This document shows, piece after piece, positions 58,106 through 64,000 of a stretch of DNA of 64,000 nt; the stretch's first letter is position 1, and each line of letters begins with the position of its first letter. This stretch comes from Lama guanicoe (lineage: Eukaryota): NCBI GenBank assembly GCA_013239625.1, contig MU053376.1, forward strand, positions 1,574,833 to 1,638,832. The letters run 5' to 3'. A program made the translations under genes and the position numbers. Below the pieces are notes generated by a model that saw only the letters and a list, made by a program, of their open reading frames with translations, ran no database searches and was not told where the DNA came from.

Positions 58106-61100
58106 GCATTTTTTGGGGAAAGAGTCTGCTTTATAATAAAGTCAGACTGTTTTTTTAACCACCAAAAGACATGTCCCCAAATCTAACCTTCATTAAGTGC
58201 AGGGACACTGTGTTTACAAAAGCATGATCAACACTTCAGCACCCATTCTGTTTGTCCTTGACCAGCTAAAGGTAAACAGGGCTGGCCTGCTCCCCTCCAG
58301 CCTCTAGGGAGATCTGCGGTGGGGGGCATCAGGGGGGAGGAGGGGGTGCAAGGTTTCTCAGCACCCTCTCTCCTCCTTCAGCTGCGAATTGAACTGCTCT
58401 TTCGGGCACCCCCCACCCCTTATATCTTCTTCCCACTCTGGGCACGTAGGGCTCTGCCTTCACGCCCTTCCCCATCTCCCTAACCCCCACCAGGAGGATC
58501 TGATAACCAGTCATTTACACTAGATAACTGATAGTCCGGTTACACTGTAACTGGACCGCCTTCCCTTGAGGTGCTGCCTCTACCGGTATTGACTTGTACC
58601 CGCTTTTATCTCCAAGTGGGGCCCGACAGGCTCCCCAGGCCATGCCTCTCTGACTCCCCCAGAGGCTCCCTGAGGACAGGGAGCCCTGACTGCTCCCCAC
58701 AGGGGCCTGATGTCACAGATTTTTAGTCATTCTTAGAATCAACCATAGATAAAGCACAGACGCCTTAAAACTTCGACGATATAAAGGCAAGGCTGTGCTG
58801 GGAGAAACACGGAAGGTGGAATGGGAGAGATGTCAGTTTCCAGTTCTGCGTCCTTCCCCTGAGGGGAGGCTGTGTCACTGTCTAGAACTGACACGTTAAA
58901 AAAAATCATAATACATTTAAACATATTGAAAAACCCGAAGGCAGCTGCCAGACGACTCAAAATAACAATAATTGTGAAAAGGAGGAAGGGTGATCAGAAC
59001 AGTTTCAGAAGTGTCATTGAAGAATTGTGTATTTCCTCAAAAGTGTATGTGAATGAGACATCCCACTACCCACTAAGGTCAGGTAATATGACACCACCCC
59101 CGCTAAAAAAACCTTGCTGAATCTCTGCGTAACCTCGAGACTCTAGGATCTGTGCCAGGTTCTCCCCTTGGCTTGGGCTCCCTGACTCCCCCACGCCCCA
59201 CCTCCCAGCAGGCCCTGTGATTGAAATTTGCACAAAGGCATTCTAGGCGTTGGTGGGAAGTGGGAACCAGTAAGTGGGATGCCAGGGACTCAGAAAATCA
59301 CTCTAAGTCCACTCCACTGGCCCTAAAGGGAAGTCCAAGTTGACCTACTTATCAGGACGTAAGTTGTGGGCGAGGGTGCACAGTGGTCTGGTGGCCTCTC
59401 TGCAAACCCCACCCCCCACCCCAGAGCCTCTGCTTCCAGGGGGGACTGCACTGTGGCAAATTTCTTTCTGAAACAGCAAGTCCAGTTTCTTCCTTGACCG
59501 GCTCTCCCAGAATCAGGAGGCCCCCGCGAATGCGCGCAGAGCTCCCTCCTCCCCACTGTCCTTCCTTTCTCAGACCTGGGCTCCCTGCCCCTTCCCGCCC
59601 TAACCCAGTGGTTCTTCCCCCCCAGACCCCATCCTCATCTTAACCACAGTTAGGATTCCCCAACTACCTGGAGGGTTCAAAAAATAAATGTACAGCTTCT
59701 CAGACCTTGTCCTTAGATATTCAAATTTACTATGTCTCAGGGGACCTGGGCATGAGTATTCTGTAAATGATTCAAATTCATAGTTAGGTGAGAGGAATCC
59801 TGCCTTACCCCTAGTCGTGCTGCTTCCTCCACTAGCCTCCCAGATATGTTCTCTGGGCACAAATGATGGGATTTTGATTGGTAATTGATGATTTTTCACA
59901 TCATCACTTTAAAAATCATCATTCTCTGAAATGTCCCTCAGTCTCCTGTGCTGTTTCCACCCTGATATTGAAATCCATCATCTCTGTCATCAGCAGTGTC
60001 ATTGAATGAGACATGTCCCTATCTTCTGGAGCTGCTCTTCATCCACTGAGGCTCTAGAAGGCAGACCTCCCCTTCAGGAAGAGAGAGCAGCTTCCCCTCA
60101 TTCTAGCCAAAAGAGGAGTGGTCAGACAGGAGAGTGGCCCCGAACCCAGAGGCTCTTCCTCTGAACACCTGGCTTCTCTCATTCTTTTCTTGGGAGACTC
60201 TCCGCAATCCCCAGTGTGGGGAGGGCGTGGGTAATAAGGCACCCCAGCCAGGACCCCTGATCTGTCCCCAGGGACCACTCCCCTTTCTGAGCTCTTTAAG
60301 CGGTAGAACCAATAATATCAATTTGGTCTGTGATCTCTGCCGAGGAAAACACGCACCACCAACAAACGTGCGTCAAGTTGTTGGGATCTATCAGATCCTG
60401 ATCTTCCCGGGCATTTGTAGTGGGCGTCGGGGGACGGGGAAGGAGAAGCTATAGGAAGAGGATGAGCAGTGCCTAACCCTAAAATAAAATTCCAAACCCC
60501 AGTGAAGGAAAGGTTATTCTGGGTTGGAGACATTGTTGATGCCCCTCAAATTGCAGTGACTTCCTCCAGACCCAGCGGAATGGATGAAGAAACTGGCAGT
60601 GTCCTTGTGTTTGAATGATACACCTGAGTTCCAGCTTGCAAGTTACTCCCTCCGTCCCATTTGTCCCAAAAGACAAATAGAGAAAGATCCTACTAATACT
60701 GAGAGTGTTTTTTTTTTTGAAGATGTCTATAGAAAACTCCTGTGAAGATCAAAAAAAAATTTGTTTTTGTAAGTGACCTTGTTTAAAGAGCTTCATGCAT
60801 TTCGTCCTTCACTGGTCTAGTCCAGTTCCAGGCTAGAGAGTGAGGTGGTGGAACAGAGACAGGGGCCAAGAGAAACACCCCGATGAGGCGCCTAGAGTTC
60901 CCTGGTGCTGCCAGTGGGCCCGTCTCCCCAGCACACTTCAGCGTGAGAAAAGTGGGAGCTTTAGCTGGCAGCCCCGGAGCCCCAAGGATCTGCTTGCTCC
61001 CTGGAGCTATAGCTGGAAGACATCCCGCTCCAGCTGCCCTGCGGCTTTCCTGGAAAGGACTTGCCCAATTAATGAGCCCTGCAGCCATCGCCTGCGGGCT

Positions 61101-63309
61101 GGAGTCAGACCCCACTGCTGCTCCAGGCCCTGGGGACTTTTGACAGCTCTCTTCGTTTTCTCCTCCAATTTTACACTCCCCAAACACCATGCTTTTCCAA
61201 ATTCTATCATTCACAAAACATTCTAGTGTTTTGGTGTACTAGTTTTTTTTTTTTTCTGCTGACGGACGTCATCCCTGCTCATTGTAAAACATTTCAAACA
61301 AAATTAAAACGTGCAAATAAGAAAGCCAAAGCCTGCACAACCTAATTTTCCTGAGATAACCAGCCTCAGCAGTGGAGGATACACCCTTCCAGATCTTTCT
61401 GTAAGCATGCACAAGCAGCTGACGCACGTCTCGCTCTTTGTTTCCCCATACCTTTGCTTGTGCTTTTTGCATCTGCTTCCTGGAATGTCCTTTCTTCTCT
61501 GTCTTGCCAGGTTTACCTCTATACATACTTCTGAACTCAGCCCACTCTCTCCATCTGCCGTCCCCCAGCCTGGACCAGGTGCCCCTTCCTGGGCTCCTTG
61601 AGCCCCTGCACAGCCTTATCAGAGCATCTGCCTCAGCGAATGGTCAATTCCTCCTTGATGTCTCTGTCTCCCCTGTTAGAACACAGGGAAGTCTAAGAGG
61701 CGAGAGCCAGGGAGGACCCCAGCCCCCCTTGGAGCCCCGTCCCCTCTGGCTCTGCTGACTGTCCTAGCCTCTTGAGCAGCCTTGGTGCCTCACACATGGC
61801 CCGACACATGGTGTTTGCTGAATGAGCGAGTGAGTGAGTAAGTCCTGGCTCACAGTAGCTGTCCCCACCATGGGACTTTTATGTACAGGTGGAGGGTTAT
61901 AGGGAGAGGCAACAGCCCAACAACAGAAGACCTCCACGTGGCCCAGTTCTGAGAGCCACCACTAACTTACAGTGGTTGTGAAACTTTGGAGACAGTCCCG
62001 TCAAGATGTTGTGAGGATAAGAATTTACGGAGTGAGGTCTCCTCTCACCTCCTCCCATGGCCACCCTCCCACTCCCACTTAGGAGGCAGAGGGCCCTTTT
62101 CCCTTAAGCCCATGAAACACAAAGACCTCAGGTCTCTAACAGAGCTGGTCTTGATTGGCTTCTGAAGGACAGAGCTCTTGATGTGTTAGCTGTGTGACCT
62201 TAGGCAGGTACCATACCCCCTCTGAGCCTCTTCCACTACAGTAAAATCAGAATGCTATGGATAATACCTCCCTCACAGGCTAGAGGAGAAGACTAAATGA
62301 AAGGTGAATGTTCCAGGGCTTTGTACATTTCATGGCTCTTTATCCTGGCTCCCTCCCAGTAGGGTTCTGAGTAAGATCAGGGTGCTAGGAAATCTGGACT
62401 TGAGCTCTGTCCCTCACTCCCGAGGTGACCTTGGACCAGTCACTTCCTGTTTCCTTGTCTGTAAAGTGGAGGTGGGAAGGGATGTGGGACTAGATGTTCC
62501 CTAAGACCCCTTCCAGCTCTAATATTCTATGTTCTCTGAAAAGTACATTGCAAAACGCCCCAGGTCCTCATAATACCATTTGGCTATGAGCACAGAGGTC
62601 TTCGTCAGCGGCCAGCATGACCAGGGAGGGTCTCTCTCACCAAAGCCTCTGAGAAGGAATGGTGAACACTGTGGCTGGCAGGCCACCAACTGGGACATCC
62701 CCAACCCTGAATTTCTGTGCTGGGCCATCATGACATCACCTGATACTACAGAATCCTCTGCTAGCTTCCAAGTCCCCAGAGAGGGACAAATTTGGGAATG
62801 GTTCGTGTGATGTGCTATGACATTTGACTTTTTTGGAACTGTATCATTTAAAGCTGGGATCAAACAGGCAATTCCTAGAGTTTGCTCTTGGGGAATGTGA
62901 GGTCTAAGTGGGGAGAAAAGACTAACAGGTGACCCTGATTTGGGGAGCGATGAAAGCATTCCTTGCCAGCTGGAGTCTGCAGGCTTTGGGAGATACATGT
63001 AGGTATGTGAGGGAGGGCATGGGGGTGGTGCAGAGGGCAGGATGTCTGAGGACAGGTGACAAGGCCAGGCCAGCTGGGGCTGAGCAGGCGATGTCTAGTC
63101 AACAGAACGTACATTTGATTGATCAAGCACTCCTTTTCCAAGAGTACCAGGTACCACCCTGAAGAAGGACAACAGTGAGGGCATCTTTATTTTGAAGTCA
63201 CCTCCTTGAGCATCAGATAAGCTGAATAGACGTCTCTCTTCATGGTTTCCCTGGATGGGGCTCTGGTAGGAACACAGAGAACATACCAAACTAGGTGCCT
63301 CCACATGGT

Positions 63310-63470
63310 TTATTTCATTTGATCCTCATGGGTTCTCTGGGAGGTGGGGATTATCAGTCCCACTTTACAGATGAAGTAACTGGGGCTCAGAAATGCTGGG
63401 AGGCTGCTCTAGCTCACACTGCTAGCTAGAGGGCCAGGCCTCCAGATATAAATCCGGAATACCTGGAGCT
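63310..63470 (-). mobile_element. MIR
   Basis: cccactttacagatgaagtaactggggctcaga. Confidence 0.6.
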
Positions 63471-64000
63471 CCCCGGGGATGGGGTGGGTTTGCACAGAGC
63501 CTGACAGAATCAAAGGGTCCGTCGGGACGGTGGTGGGGGCCCGAGACCAATGGAGTGAAGGGGTGATGAGGGTGTTTGCTGTTTATCTGTGGATGGAGCA
63601 TCTGGGGATGTCAGGAAGCTCAGGAGCCTCGAGCTGGGCTCAGTTTCAGGGGCCGAAATGACTCCCAAGAGACAGAGAGGCAGAGACCGGAGGGACAACT
63701 GGACAGCCTTACAGATCACCGAGGGACCGTTCACCAGGGTTAGGGTCGAGGACCATTGCCTTGCCCTTCCCCATCAACCAGGCGGCCAGTCTCTGCCTGT
63801 TCAGTGCCCTGGGACAGAGTAAAACTTACTCTGTCACTGCAGAAGCTGCCCGACATTTCTTCTCCTGGGGGTGCTTTCTGCTCCTCCCTCCACTGGCTTC
63901 CTGCAGCTCTGGGCTCTGAGTTGGAGGATGGTGGGAGGGGATTTCACTGTCTTGAGGTGGCCAGATCCAAGGTCCTTGCCACTGTCCTGCCCCCACTGCT

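Noticed and set aside
58739..58960. Minus ORF with FNMFKCIMIFFNVSVL, resembling a tetraspanin N-terminus (K..M..FN)
   Set aside because: It lies in AT-rich sequence, the hydrophobic stretch is too short, and I found no proper donor, downstream tetraspanin exons or CCG motif. tBLASTn with TSPAN1/TSPAN8 would settle it.
47100..64000. Expected neighbouring gene RAB7B
   Set aside because: No Rab GTPase motifs or exons were seen; it presumably lies beyond the right edge.

Overview
This window is mammalian genomic DNA, most likely from a camelid: it carries about 11 copies of a tRNA-Ala(AGC)-derived SINE resembling camelid Vic-1. Two intron-containing genes lie in tandem on the minus strand. PM20D1 (M20 peptidase-family N-fatty-acyl amino acid synthase/hydrolase) has coding exons 1-10 at 12214->2468, and its remaining exons fall off the left edge. 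SLC26A9 (anion channel/transporter) is complete: 20 coding exons at 39794->20952 sum to 2376 nt (791 aa plus stop), all introns are GT-AG, the poly(A) signal is at 18711-18716, and a probable TATA/CCAAT promoter lies near 46.9 kb. The rest is introns and intergenic DNA with L1, L2, MIR, LTR and DNA-transposon relics and microsatellites. Almost all entries in the supplied ORF track are noise. I found no convincing new multi-gene system. The most unusual items are a 36-nt 5'-half tRNA-Arg(TCT) retrocopy with a target-site duplication (TSD), an apparently remodelled SLC26A9 first exon, a shifted N-glycosylation sequon in SLC26A9, a very short SLC26A9-PM20D1 spacer, and several candidate endodermal enhancers. 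Comparisons with human or mouse come from recalled sequences and need confirming by alignment.
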